Shown: in pieces, positions 23,456-34,900 of the stretch
Layout of the letters: each line of letters opens with the position of its first letter
Position numbering within the stretch: position 1 is the first letter of the stretch
Assembly: GCA_030167865.1 (NCBI GenBank)
Contig: JALAGF010004837.1
Coordinates: 1-64,000 of the forward strand
Direction of reading: 5' to 3'
DNA from: Craspedostauros australis
Taxonomy: Eukaryota
Length of the DNA: 64,000 nt
Made by a program: the position numbers and the translations under genes
Notes under the pieces: model-generated
What the model saw: the letters and a program-made list of their open reading frames with translations, nothing else
Told to the model about the DNA's origin: nothing
The model's database searches: none

Positions 23456-25292
23456 CAACAAAGTGGGCGGAAGGAAGGTACCAATTCGGCACGTAGACAA
23501 GAGGGTGGAGAAGTTGTGTGGGCGCTTGTAGATGTTCGTGGACGGTTGTGTTCGGACGTGTAGGCGTTGAAGTAGTACAAGTATGAAAGCAATCAACGAC
23601 GCCGTCGTGATGCAGGACGCACGAGTATGGTGAGTGTATCCACGCTCCAAGGGGAAGAGCTGTTGCTGATGTCCTTCGAATGCTTCACGAGCGTTCGTGC
23701 GAAAGGTTCCGCGAGGATGATGTTGGTTTGAGGAATGACGCTGATGTGATTGAAGGATGAACAATGAATGGGATTCCTGTCACTTGCTGCCTTCGGGCAA
23801 TTCGTTCCAGTTGACTTCGCTTCGTCGCTTGTCTTGATGACTACGCGTATGCAATGATGGCATGTGCTCTAGAGTGTAGTCAGGGTAGCGTTTTGAGAAT
23901 GGTCAGCAAGTCGGCTCTCAAGAGAGAGCTGGTCAGTGGATCAGTTTGAATTTGAACAGGTCGTCGGGTCGGTCGATGACTGCCCGTACGGAATTCTGAA
24001 GTGGCCGATGAGATGCGAGTGAAGATGTGCAGTTCACTCGTATCCGCAGCGTACCTACTATTCTATTATATATGGTATCACCGTATTCGTCACCTGATTG
24101 CTCGTCGCGACGGACTTGCGACTATTGTTGGCTTTGGCTTTGGCTTTGGCTTTCGTTGTGTTCCTGATTGGGTTGTTTATGTTGCCCCTGTTGGTGTTGT
24201 GAAGACGACGAGGTTCTTCGCTCGTCGTTGGAAAGAGAAGAGGAACAACGCACATGCGAGCTGCAGCGAGAGCGAGAGCGACAGTGGCAGCGACAGTGGC
24301 AGCGGCAGCAACTGCAACTGCAATTGCAGCACTGATGATGACGATGATGACGGCAACGGCAAAGTCAGGAGGGAAGCAGCAGAAGCAACGTCCCTCGCAC
24401 AACAGAGGAGAAAAGAGCAAGGGGAAAACACACAACCGAAGGATTCGAAAACGAGAAGGAGAAGCAAACAGTTCCCAACCCTCGCGACAGCATCGACAAC
24501 AAGGGGAACAAGGACCGCTCCAAAACGGGAACATCACGAGTGTTGCTTCATTCCAACCGCCGGTGTTCTCCACAACAACGCGCCAAGGACATCACAATGT
24601 TGCGCAACACCAAACCGGGCGCGAAAACGATGACAGAACCTTCTTTTTCGAAAAGATTCTTGTTCAAAGGTATCTTCTTCGGCAGAAGTTCTGTTCTTTT
24701 CATCGCCAACGCACGGACAACGAATCAAATCAACGCGTGTCAAACGTGCATCATGTCAGAATTGAGAGAGTCATTCATGCCACGCTGTTCCGTGACGTAT
24801 GCGAATCAAGCCAGTCCTGCGAGCTGCTCGCATCAGGGTGCACGAATCTGACATCAACAGAACCTGACGTCCATCATTGCTTTCAAGTCGTGCATACAGG
24901 CGGCCATCAACAACAATTCCTCCCACATTTTTGGTTTTCTCCAAGTTGACACAAATCACGTCACCACAGCAACCAACCAACTGGCACCATTCCATGACGA
25001 GAGACAACAACAACAAACACCCAAGGCGAAAGTCGACCTCGACTCGTCTGGTCCAAGGCCGCGCACGCCCTGGCACAATACGATCCACTCGTCCGAATTC
25101 GTGACACGACCGAGCAGTAACACGCGATGGATGGCTCCCGAGTAGCGTGTTGTGCATGAGCGGACTATAATATTACCATACGACTACTTTAGCTCGTAGG
25201 AGTTGGAACCGTACACCTCTATGCACGCCCAGCAGCCTCTCCGTCTCTCGGGATGCAGATTGAGTGGGTTCGCGATCAATTACCATGGTGAA

Positions 25293-28200
25293 CTATTCAT
25301 AATGCTTCCTTCGGTATTTGAAGTACTCGCGTCTCGCTCCGACGCTCACCAACCGCTTCTCAGGCAAGATGCACGCCGTGAGCCGGCCTCCGTAGACGCA
25401 GCCGGTGTCCAGACCGATGGCATGCTCGTATTGTTGCAGGCCTCTGTCAGCGTCGTGGCCGAACAGGACGGTTTGTGGACCGTCCCACAGTCGTGCCCAC
25501 GGCCAGTTGTTGAAGAACTTCGATGTCACAGTGCCGTCAGGAAGGATGCTGCGCATGTTCATCATGAGCCTCGGGTTTTGCTTCGCTAGTCGGATGCCGG
25601 AGACGAATCCTGCATGGACAAAGAGCGCACCAAGATCTTGGCTGGAAATGTACCATGGCAGATTGTACATCCATTCCATGTCGGCACTCGACAAGCATGA
25701 TGCGATGTGAAAATGTTCGGAACGGAAAACAGGCGGATCCACGCCGGATTTGATCGCCTGTTGCCAACGGATGACCTCAAAGTCGTGATTTCCGCGCACC
25801 CCGATGGCACCGATCTCCCGGGCCATCTGGACGACCGAGATGCTGTCGGGTCCCTTGCTGACCAAGTCGCCGAGGAAGATGACCAAGTCGCCGGGCCTGT
25901 AGTCGCATTCCCGCAGCAGGTCCTGCAGCTCGTCGATGCAACCGTGCACGTCGCCGATGGCGATCACTCGAGGATGGCGCCCCTTCGCTCGTTCTGTCAC
26001 AGCATCCACGAGGCGGAGGCCGAGGCTGCCCTGGAATGGTGCACCGTCCTTGTTTGCTTCTGAGATGTCCCAAACGGCTCCGCGGTTCTCAGCTCCGCTC
26101 CCAGTGTCACCCTGCAAGGGATCGTCGATGTTCGAAGACAGGCGACCCTGGAGCAATCCAAACATATCCTCCTCCTCTCCTACCTCCGTACTGACACCAC
26201 GAATATCATTCCTCGCACCATTTGAATTGGCAGACTCTGAGGGCTGACTCGCCTCCATCGCTTGCCCGCCGCCAGGTCTGACATCCGACATGCCCACATC
26301 TTCTGGATCATCATCTTCGAACAAAAACTCTTCGGTCACCCTTTCACGTACCGATTCCGGCCACCTGTCCTCCTGCCTTGCCGATGCCGCCAGCGCCATC
26401 TGCATGTCTCCATCATCCATGGCATTCGCCAAAGCTCTATTGATTCGCCGTGCCTTGCGCTCAGCCTCTGCGGCGACCAAATCCGCCTGGGACTGCAAGG
26501 TAAAGTCTCCCTCCACCCTCGTGAAGCCGTCTTCCATCTCCGTCAGCGTGAATCTTGTAAATTCGACGTCGTAGCCTTTCAAGTTGGACGCGGCGACAAT
26601 CGCACGTGACACCACCGACTGGAGGATGGTGCTTTCCTCGTTGCCGTCCTTGTCCTGCAGCAGTTCCATCCGCAAGACGTTGATCGTGAAGACCAATCCG
26701 CCTCCCAGATGCACTGGCTCGTCGCCGACAACTTCACTGTCGTCCTGCGCGCCAGCGTCTGTTTCACCGCTGTTGCGGTTTGTCGTCCGGTCACTCCCGG
26801 GTGCGGCGTTCCCTCCATCCAATGAAGTTTGGCTCGTGATGGTGCCAATTTCGAAATCCGTCAGGGAGTTGGGGCCTGAGACAGCGGCAGCGGCAGCATC
26901 GCTTTCGCTTGCTGACTGATCGGCCCGATTGACGACAGTGGACTGCTCAAGATATACAGTTGCGCTTTGGTCGCTGTCACCTCCATCTAGACCCCCAGAT
27001 TTCGGCGCGTCAGTGTCAAAGGCGTTGTCGATGTTGACCTCCTCGATGATTTGATCGACCACATTTTCGAGAAAGAGTTCTTCTTCCAGTTCTCTCTGGA
27101 TGGCACTTGCAACTGGATTCGATGCGGGAACGATTTCGTTGAAGGCTTGCGCTGAGTGGTCATCAACCATGGCGGAGAGATCATCTGGGCAGATATTCCA
27201 TTTGCGGGTTGCATCGACGAAGAATTCGCAGTAAAGACCCATCTCGAACTTGGACAGCTTGTTCTGACCGCTCCGATGGAGCATGGGGCCGAAACCACGT
27301 GAGCTGGTTGAGATGACATCGTGCCAATTGTTCGTTGATTCTGGAGATTTGTTCTGAAAGTGCGAATAGTACAAATCCATGTACCTGATCGGAGGATCAG
27401 CATTGATGGGCACACCGCCCACGAGCATATCCATCCCTCTCCGAATCATTTTCCGTGCCCCCGGTTTGGTTTTTCGTGGACGATTGTCGTTGCCGCTACC
27501 GCTGCTGCCGCTACTACCTTTGTTTTCATCGGAGGCTTGCTTTTTTCTGCTTTGTTTGGAGGCTGTTTTTGTGGTGGTTGCGCTGGGAGTTGCCATCTTT
27601 TCGATTCGGCTGCGATGAATCTTGTTCTCATTGTTATTGTGGTTGGTGCCAATGGCGCTGGACTGTTCCGTCGAGAAAGGGAACTCCCCGTCATCGACTA
27701 GATCTTCTCCCTGGAAGTCCAAACTACGGCGAACGTCATCATTGTTGGCTGTGACATTCGCAGCGGCATCTGCACCACCGGCAATGTTGTGGGCGTTGCT
27801 CTTGGCCGATCTGTAGAAGAGTTCGCTGACGGGGAGGACATCGCTGAGGTTGGATGCCCGGGATTGGGTCGATCGCTCAGGGTTTTTGGTCCCGTTGCCA
27901 TCATCATTGGTGTTGCTTTTGTCAGAACCAAGCCCCTTGATGCTGGACGATAGGTCGGGTGGAAAGAGGTCAGTGATGGAAGGTAGCTTTTCACTGGTGC
28001 TCTTTGGGTGACTCTTGGCATAGTTTGACAATCCCTGCGTTTGGGAGGAAGCTGCTGCTCGTGGATGATTCTTGTTCGATGTGTTCTGTCGCTGGGCGTG
28101 TTGATTGCTTCTACTTGGGCTAGTGTTAGCGCTCTTGTTTGTGTCTGCGTTCGCGATGCCTTTTCCATTGGAGGTATGATTGCTGTTGCTGTTGCGTCTG

Positions 28201-29408
28201 TCGTTGTGGTCAATGTTGTTGTTTCCGGATTTGGTCGACTGCGATCGTGACGACGATGCCGGTGGGGATGAAGGCTGTGATTGCCCTCCATTCCGCTTTC
28301 CGTTTGATGCATCTGAATGATTTACGTTTGACTTGTTCTGATCGCCTGTACCGCTACTGAGGAAGTCTTCCCACGATGAAAGTCCGCTATCGATGGATGA
28401 TGCGGATGACGCAGTCGCGTCTGATGACTCGCCCTCCATCGGAGGTGGTAAGAAGGAAGGCTGTTCGTCTGCATTAGTTGGTGTGGACATCCCGGCCTCC
28501 CCATTGCGCGACTTGTTGCTAAAGCTGTTCGTCCCACCAGTTGATCCGTTGCCTCCCATGCTTGTTGCTTGCGCATTTTTCGGTTGCTGCATTCGCTTTG
28601 ATGACCCCCTGTTGTGCCTATTGTTCCTACTACTGCCACCGTTCGTATTGTTTGTATCATTTGCTTCACGTTCAGTCCTTCCACCATTGGAACCACCGCG
28701 ATCGGCAGACTTCGAATCATCATTTATCTTTGGCCCTCTGCTCTTTCTATCGGCGACCTTTGGCCTCGATAGTGCCGAGATGGCACGATCCTTGGAAATC
28801 AAGGGCTTCTCGTCACGGTTTCCAGCTGCGCCACCTTGCATTTCGGGGCCTGCGCGATCCTCCTCGTTGTGATTGGTGCTTGTGCGCGCATCAGCGTTTG
28901 AGTTTGCGTCTGTATTTACGTTGGCACTTTTGCTGCGGCCGCCATCACGGTCGCCATTGTTGTTTCTTCTGCGATTGCGTTTGCTGTTGTTGCTGTTGTT
29001 GTTGTTTCTGTTCTTCGTTTGTGCTCCATCGTCTTTCTTTGTGTTGTCCGCATCACGGCCATCGCCCTTCGGGTCATCAGCTGCATCGTCATCTCTCGCA
29101 GTGTCGGATGTAGCTCGTCCCTTTGCGCTTAAATACATCGTTGCCAAACCTGGCCTTCGCCGTATCGGCAATCGATCCCTGCATTGCGAGCGTGGCTGCG
29201 ACTGCGACTGTGCCTGCAGAGGTAGTCGCCATGGCTGCTGTATCCGATCCTCGGCTGTGTGATGCACCGAGAAGGCCAGCCTCTTGCTGTTTTGTGCTCG
29301 CTGATGCAGGAGCCCTTCGCATCTGATGGCAACAAGGGAAAGATGGATGACGCAGAGGATGATCGTCCTCACGGATGTACCCATATCATGTCCTCTCTGG
29401 ATCGCCAT
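25293..29408 (-). CDS. ApaH-like metallophosphatase (ALPH/PPP superfamily) with an N-terminal extension of about 1140 aa, 1371 aa
   Basis: C-terminal motifs IGDVHGC, GDLVSKGPDS, RGNHD, VHAG, FGHDA, GLDTGCVYGGRLTA. Hydrophobic signal-peptide-like segment TIILCVIHLSLVAI near the N-terminus. Confidence 0.88.
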   Translation of the reverse strand: MAIQRGHDMGTSVRTIILCVIHLSLVAIRCEGLLHQRAQNSKRLAFSVHHTAEDRIQQPWRLPLQAQSQSQPRSQCRDRLPIRRRPGLATMYLSAKGRATSDTARDDDAADDPKGDGRDADNTKKDDGAQTKNRNNNNSNNSKRNRRRNNNGDRDGGRSKSANVNTDANSNADARTSTNHNEEDRAGPEMQGGAAGNRDEKPLISKDRAISALSRPKVADRKSRGPKINDDSKSADRGGSNGGRTEREANDTNNTNGGSSRNNRHNRGSSKRMQQPKNAQATSMGGNGSTGGTNSFSNKSRNGEAGMSTPTNADEQPSFLPPPMEGESSDATASSASSIDSGLSSWEDFLSSGTGDQNKSNVNHSDASNGKRNGGQSQPSSPPASSSRSQSTKSGNNNIDHNDRRNSNSNHTSNGKGIANADTNKSANTSPSRSNQHAQRQNTSNKNHPRAAASSQTQGLSNYAKSHPKSTSEKLPSITDLFPPDLSSSIKGLGSDKSNTNDDGNGTKNPERSTQSRASNLSDVLPVSELFYRSAKSNAHNIAGGADAAANVTANNDDVRRSLDFQGEDLVDDGEFPFSTEQSSAIGTNHNNNENKIHRSRIEKMATPSATTTKTASKQSRKKQASDENKGSSGSSGSGNDNRPRKTKPGARKMIRRGMDMLVGGVPINADPPIRYMDLYYSHFQNKSPESTNNWHDVISTSSRGFGPMLHRSGQNKLSKFEMGLYCEFFVDATRKWNICPDDLSAMVDDHSAQAFNEIVPASNPVASAIQRELEEELFLENVVDQIIEEVNIDNAFDTDAPKSGGLDGGDSDQSATVYLEQSTVVNRADQSASESDAAAAAVSGPNSLTDFEIGTITSQTSLDGGNAAPGSDRTTNRNSGETDAGAQDDSEVVGDEPVHLGGGLVFTINVLRMELLQDKDGNEESTILQSVVSRAIVAASNLKGYDVEFTRFTLTEMEDGFTRVEGDFTLQSQADLVAAEAERKARRINRALANAMDDGDMQMALAASARQEDRWPESVRERVTEEFLFEDDDPEDVGMSDVRPGGGQAMEASQPSESANSNGARNDIRGVSTEVGEEEDMFGLLQGRLSSNIDDPLQGDTGSGAENRGAVWDISEANKDGAPFQGSLGLRLVDAVTERAKGRHPRVIAIGDVHGCIDELQDLLRECDYRPGDLVIFLGDLVSKGPDSISVVQMAREIGAIGVRGNHDFEVIRWQQAIKSGVDPPVFRSEHFHIASCLSSADMEWMYNLPWYISSQDLGALFVHAGFVSGIRLAKQNPRLMMNMRSILPDGTVTSKFFNNWPWARLWDGPQTVLFGHDADRGLQQYEHAIGLDTGCVYGGRLTACILPEKRLVSVGARREYFKYRRKHYE

Positions 29409-30308
29409 CTTGCGCGCTTGCTGCCTCTCGGATGTTTGGCGGCACTTGCTGTTGATAGTCCCAAGGGCTACGCGTTTGTGTTTGCGCCTGCGCTTGCGTC
29501 AACGATTGTGCTTGCGTCCACAAGTACTGGCACACCTGTAGCGACGGCACCTGTCTCCTGGACAAAGTACTATTAGGGAGCAAGTCGAACCAGAAAAGAT
29601 GTCTGAGCTCTTCTCTTGCTTCCTTGATTGCTTTGTTCGTTCGCTGCAACAGCTTCTTTCTTCGATTTTCAAAATGATGTACCTGCCATCAACACCATCA
29701 ACACCATCAGCACCATCAACACCAACCACTGTCTGTTTTCCGCCACCTTCGAGGAAAGATTTCATCCTCGCCTGTTTTGTGGCGCCATCGGAGCGTGGCC
29801 TGTCCGTGCGTCACGAAAGAAGAATGTGGAACATCAGCGCACTGACATTATTCGAATGAGTCGACTATGGGGTTACGTGACTATTATGAATATATCGCAT
29901 TTATGGAGTTCCAACCGTTCCCTTCTTCTGTGTCAACCAAAACCGCACACAAGAGCGGTCGAGGTTTTCTGCTTTTGTTTCGTTTCCCTCCGATTGGCAA
30001 CAGCCACCCATCACCATCGTTGTGGCTGTCGTTGTTGTTCTCGCGGTTGTCCTGGAGACCAATCGCTACCATCACTGCTAGCACTGCCAACACTGCCAGC
30101 ACAAGAACCACAACCAGCACCATAGCTCGGACAGTACCGTACAATCCAAGTACTCTCACGGAGATTGACCTGATCCCGACGACACTCGCGCTACACTCCA
30201 CCTCTCTTCGTACCTTCGAAGTGCTCTTCAATCACGGTGCCCTACGAGGACACTGGGTGCTGTTCCCTCAAAGCCACAATGAGAAAGGTCAGACGTTCTG
30301 ATCGAAGG

Positions 30309-31484
30309 ATGGTGGTACCAGTACTGTCATGCTTCCTCCATTCCATCATCGGGATGGCCATGTGTACGCGCACATGCTCGAGCTTCGTGCTGTCAGCGAT
30401 GCCAAAGTCCCCAAGCAGTATTCCTGGGCAACAAGCACATCAAACGCAGTTGCTGCACCACTCGCAAAGAAGGCGCAGCCATTGCACCAGCACGCTTCCG
30501 CCCTCCCGACGCGAGGGATCCTCCACTCATTTATCGGCGAAGCCGAGACGGCAGGACTCTCCCACCACCCCATCTACCGCCACTAGCAGCAGCAACAGCA
30601 ACGACAGCAGCAACAAACGAAAGAAGAAAAAGAACAAGTACGCCAAATTCTCGAAGGCGACCGACGAGGTGGATCCCTTCGAAAAGCTCGTGCAGGACTC
30701 CACGCAGAAGCTGCAGCAGATCGAGAACGAACAGATCGAATCGTCCAAACCTGCGCAGTACGACATACCTGACGGGCGACTGGATTTCCCAAACATCCTC
30801 GAGATCAACCCCTACGACCCCGCAACATTCGGGTACGTGGAGATCGGCACAATCACGGGCCCGCACGGCGTGCACGGATGGACGAAGGTCAAAGGATCCA
30901 CGGACTTCCCAGAACGTCTCACGACGCCCGGCATGCTCCTGCATATCAAGGCACTACATAAGCGCGCGCCGCGAAAGGCTATCCTCACGCAGGGCAAGCA
31001 GATCGGAGATGACTTCCTCATCCAGCTGCAGGGTGTTTTCGATCGTCCGGAGGCGCAAAGGCTCAGAGGCGCGACGCTGTACTACGCCACGCAAGAAGAT
31101 GAGGTCGTGGAGGAAGATGAGGTCCTGATCTCCGACATGGTGGGGCTGTACGTCTATCATGTGGATGACACATCCATCAGCGTCGGCATGGTGGACGGCA
31201 TCGTGCTGGCATCGGAAATGTGCGCCGTTCCAGGACTTGGTCATGACTTTCTGGAGCTGAAACTGCTGCACCGACCCAAGGAGGATGCTAACCTCGTTCT
31301 CATACCCAACGTACCGGAGATCATCAAGCACATTGATATGGACAAACGACAGATCGTCATCGACCCGCCATCGGGCTTGCTTGATCTCGCCTACGTGCGC
31401 GAAGAGAAGGTGAAGATAAAGGCATACCTGCCATCTTGGACGGAGGAGTCGGAAACCAAGCTACGTTGCACAACGGACCTCTGA
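30309..31484 (+). CDS. rimM: Ribosome maturation factor RimM, probably plastid-targeted
   Basis: VEIGTITGPHGVHGWTKVKGSTDFPERL, DRPEAQRLRGATLY, ISDMVGLYV, VLIPNVPEIIKHID...IDPPSGLLDL. Leader has a hydrophobic stretch and CSS|FV. ATG 30279 is an alternative start. Confidence 0.9.
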   Translation: MVVPVLSCFLHSIIGMAMCTRTCSSFVLSAMPKSPSSIPGQQAHQTQLLHHSQRRRSHCTSTLPPSRREGSSTHLSAKPRRQDSPTTPSTATSSSNSNDSSNKRKKKKNKYAKFSKATDEVDPFEKLVQDSTQKLQQIENEQIESSKPAQYDIPDGRLDFPNILEINPYDPATFGYVEIGTITGPHGVHGWTKVKGSTDFPERLTTPGMLLHIKALHKRAPRKAILTQGKQIGDDFLIQLQGVFDRPEAQRLRGATLYYATQEDEVVEEDEVLISDMVGLYVYHVDDTSISVGMVDGIVLASEMCAVPGLGHDFLELKLLHRPKEDANLVLIPNVPEIIKHIDMDKRQIVIDPPSGLLDLAYVREEKVKIKAYLPSWTEESETKLRCTTDL

Positions 31485-31923
31485 TCAATCATGATCAGTC
31501 CTGGTTTGTTCCAGCACCATAACTATTCGCCCCATCTGGTCCGATGGTTCGAATGGATCCGCGTACTTTGCATACCTACTCCCAAGAGTACATACTCTAC
31601 ATGCTTCTCCAATGTGTTTTCCAAGTACCAGTGTCGGAAGATTAGACCCTACCGGACCTCAGCACAAGACGATGAACCAACAACAGTAGAGCAAATACAT
31701 ACCGCATACTACCAGAGTACAAGTGTGATGCCGTACTATTGGAAAACTTGCAAGAAAGACGCCTCTCTTGGGAGCAATGATGGAATACTCTCGGCATCCC
31801 GGTCTGTCTATCTTTATGCTCTCTGGACGTAGGCATGTTTGTGTTGTACATCCATAGTATTGCTCTCTGTCTAGGCAGTGTACTGGTATACGTACCACAA
31901 CTCCGCTATTGCGAATGTTCTAC

Positions 31924-34900
31924 CTAAGATTGCTGCACTAGCACGAAGAAATCCATGACGGACGCATCGAGTTTGGATACCACCATCGAGTCCATCTCCT
32001 TCTCAGCAGGGATCTCGACCTGGAAGTATTGCTCTTCGAACATCCCTCCTTCCTTCCTAGCCTTGATCTCCGATTCCTTCTTTGCAGTTTGAACGGCCTC
32101 GATTCGTTCTATCCGGACCTTGTCCATCACTTCGCATGCCTTCTGGAATGTTCCGAACAATGTTTCGGCAAGATCGTGATGGTCCGATCGCAGCAAGAAG
32201 AGGACGGTGTCAGAAATGACTTTGGCGTACTGTGCATCTACCCACGTGGAACGCAGCTCGATCGTCAGGCTTTGCAATTCCTCCTCGCTGCCACGTTGGA
32301 TGCGCTTGTTCTTCTTCTTTCGCTGCTTCTTCTGCTTCTTGCCTCTGTTGAACTTGGATCTATGCCGGTTGGCTTCTTCGGTGCCGGTCATGGAAAAGTT
32401 GGTGTTGGATTTCACGCTGATCACGCTCGAAACGCTGATGGCGCTGCCCATGCTCGTGTTGCTCGTCGTGCTACGCAGACTCATGTTGGAGCGGTTGGAC
32501 GCCGCTGAGAACAGACTGCCAGTTTCATCCATCTCGGGCTGTGGCGCGTCATCCACCGCGGCTCGCTTACGAATGGTCACGACTTCTCCGAACCTCTCAT
32601 TTGCCTTCGTGTACTGCTTGCACCGTGCGTCCAAATCGCTTATGGTGGAATGTGCGAAGTCTTCAGCGGACTCGATGCATCGCCTGGCGAGGTCGTTGCG
32701 ACTGAAACGCAGCGCCGTTCGTTGCGCTTCCTGCCACAGTTCTCCATCGATCAGCATATCGACAGCCCCGACAACATCCTCTGCGTAATCGAGGAGGATG
32801 GATGCGGCATCGGCATAGCTCTGTTGCTTGGTGGAAACGGCCGATCCGCCCATGATATCGCCTGTGATTTCTTCGGCAACTTCACGCGCCATCATGCCCA
32901 GGTTCGCTTTGTTCACTTCTTCACTGAGGTGCCCTTCTTGTCCCTCCTGTTGTTCTTGCCGTTCTTGCTGCTGCTGCTGTTGCACAAGAGAAAAGTACGA
33001 CCTCCAGTCCCTGCAGGCACGGGCGGCACGCATCGCACCATCCCGGAAATCGGGATGCACGCTTGAGAAGACGGTCAGCGCAGTCTTTGCCTTGCTCTCG
33101 GTCAGCAAATGTTCTCCGAGCGAGATCATGATCCGCCTGCGATTGTCAGCGTCCTTGCCAAACAATGAAAGAGCAGTGCTGTGCAAGGCGTGCTCTTCCA
33201 CCAGCCTCATGCAATCGTCAAAGCTGTTGAGCAAAGCAGATATTTGCAAACTGCTTGCTTCGTTGTCACCGCTGTCAAACGATTCTCGTTTTACATAGGA
33301 TGCTGCCAGATGGGTCAACGCCAAATCGTACCGCTTCAATCGCACATCGATCTCGTACCGTCCGTACGATTCCGGCAGCGCCTTGAGACGCTTGAGCAGC
33401 GGGAGGTACTTCTTCGGGTCCATCTGCGAGTTTCGTGCCACGGCCCGTGCCAATTCAAGGTCGTACATGCCGAGCGCTGTCTCGAAGAGCAGTTCGTATT
33501 CTGCAAGGAACGCGAGGTAATGGATGGAGCCTTGTGCCTTCTCGGCAAACAACGCGGGTTTCTTCGAGTCAGGTTTGTAATTGTTGAGGGCGTTGGTACG
33601 GATCAGCGCCAGGGCTTCTTCCAGCTTTGGCGGGTTTTGCTTTGCGAATGTGGACAAGATAGGCAGCAGAAAATGTCCTTCGTCAACGTTGGTGCCAGCG
33701 TCTGTGGCGCCTTGAGATTCGAACTTCATCATAATGGAACGTGCTGTGTCGCAGATCTGATTGATTTTGGTGGTGAAATCGAACGCATCTTGCCCAGTAC
33801 CAGCATCGCCTGATTTTTGCATTTTTTCATTGGATCGTATCCAGGGAGGCACGGGGTATCGAAAGTCAGTGACGTTGAAGTCCTGCAAGCTGGAGATGAA
33901 GAGGTTGAGGTGATCGATCTTCTTCACCTGCTCAAGGAACATCGGCATGCCCTCAGCAAGGAACTTGCGAGGATCGTAGTCCACTATCAGGTTGAGATCC
34001 ACCTTCTGCCTTCGCATCACCTTGAATGCTGCAGCAAAGCGGTTGGTCTCGATGTACTTCATGCACGAGCGCAGCACCAGGGCACGTGGGTCGATGCCCT
34101 CCAAATTGCCTCGTGGCAGCTGCAGAACCGCCGTTGGCGAAGCCGGCAGGACCCCGACGATTACGCTGCCGCGTTCGACGTTGCGCGGTTCGTACCCCAG
34201 CAAGAGCTGGTTCTGATCGGACCCCATCAACGGATCGAAGGAGACGACCTCCGACAGCGGGATGAAGCGCACTTGGCATCTCGATCCCGAAACGACAAAG
34301 CACAGGTACTCGTGCGCCATGGAGAGGACGAACGATGACGATGAATCGGAAAGCAACAAATCACCGCTGTACAGCCGCGATTTGGCGGATCGTCCAAATA
34401 TGAGCCTTGATTGATGGAAACCATCAAAGTGGGGATCGGCGTCGGCCGCACTCGCGTGGTGATCTGACATATTCTTGACACCCGCGATCCACGGACAGAC
34501 CTCGAGCAACGGGTCGCTCGGTGATGGCACTACCGATCCTTCGCCGTTGTTCCGTTCGTATTCCACCAGTGTGCCGTCCACAAGTTCCACCAGAGCGCCG
34601 TCTGCCGTGTCACTCCAATTGGCTATTCGCAACACCTTGCTCTCTAGACGGAATTGCTTGGTGATGGTCGCCTTTACTGCATCGGCTTCCACGAGGACGT
34701 TGCCTTCCATCAACACTTCTGTTGCGGACCCGCCAGCAGCGCACATGGCAGCGACGAACTGGATGTTCCCATTCTCCGCACCTACCACTGTGACCATTCG
34801 CAAAGACTTGACGGGAATAGTCGTCGTGCTTTCTGCGTCCCATTCGATCGTTTCGATGGCATCAGCCGCAGCGCCGAACGATCGAAGGCACTTTTTGTTG

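Noticed and set aside
24001-24949. ORFs of 210-231 aa between the acidic orphan and the ApaH-like gene
   Set aside because: Built largely from simple repeats (GGCTTT, GAGAGC, GCAACT), with no protein-like core or splice structure I could support. A weak gene cannot be excluded.
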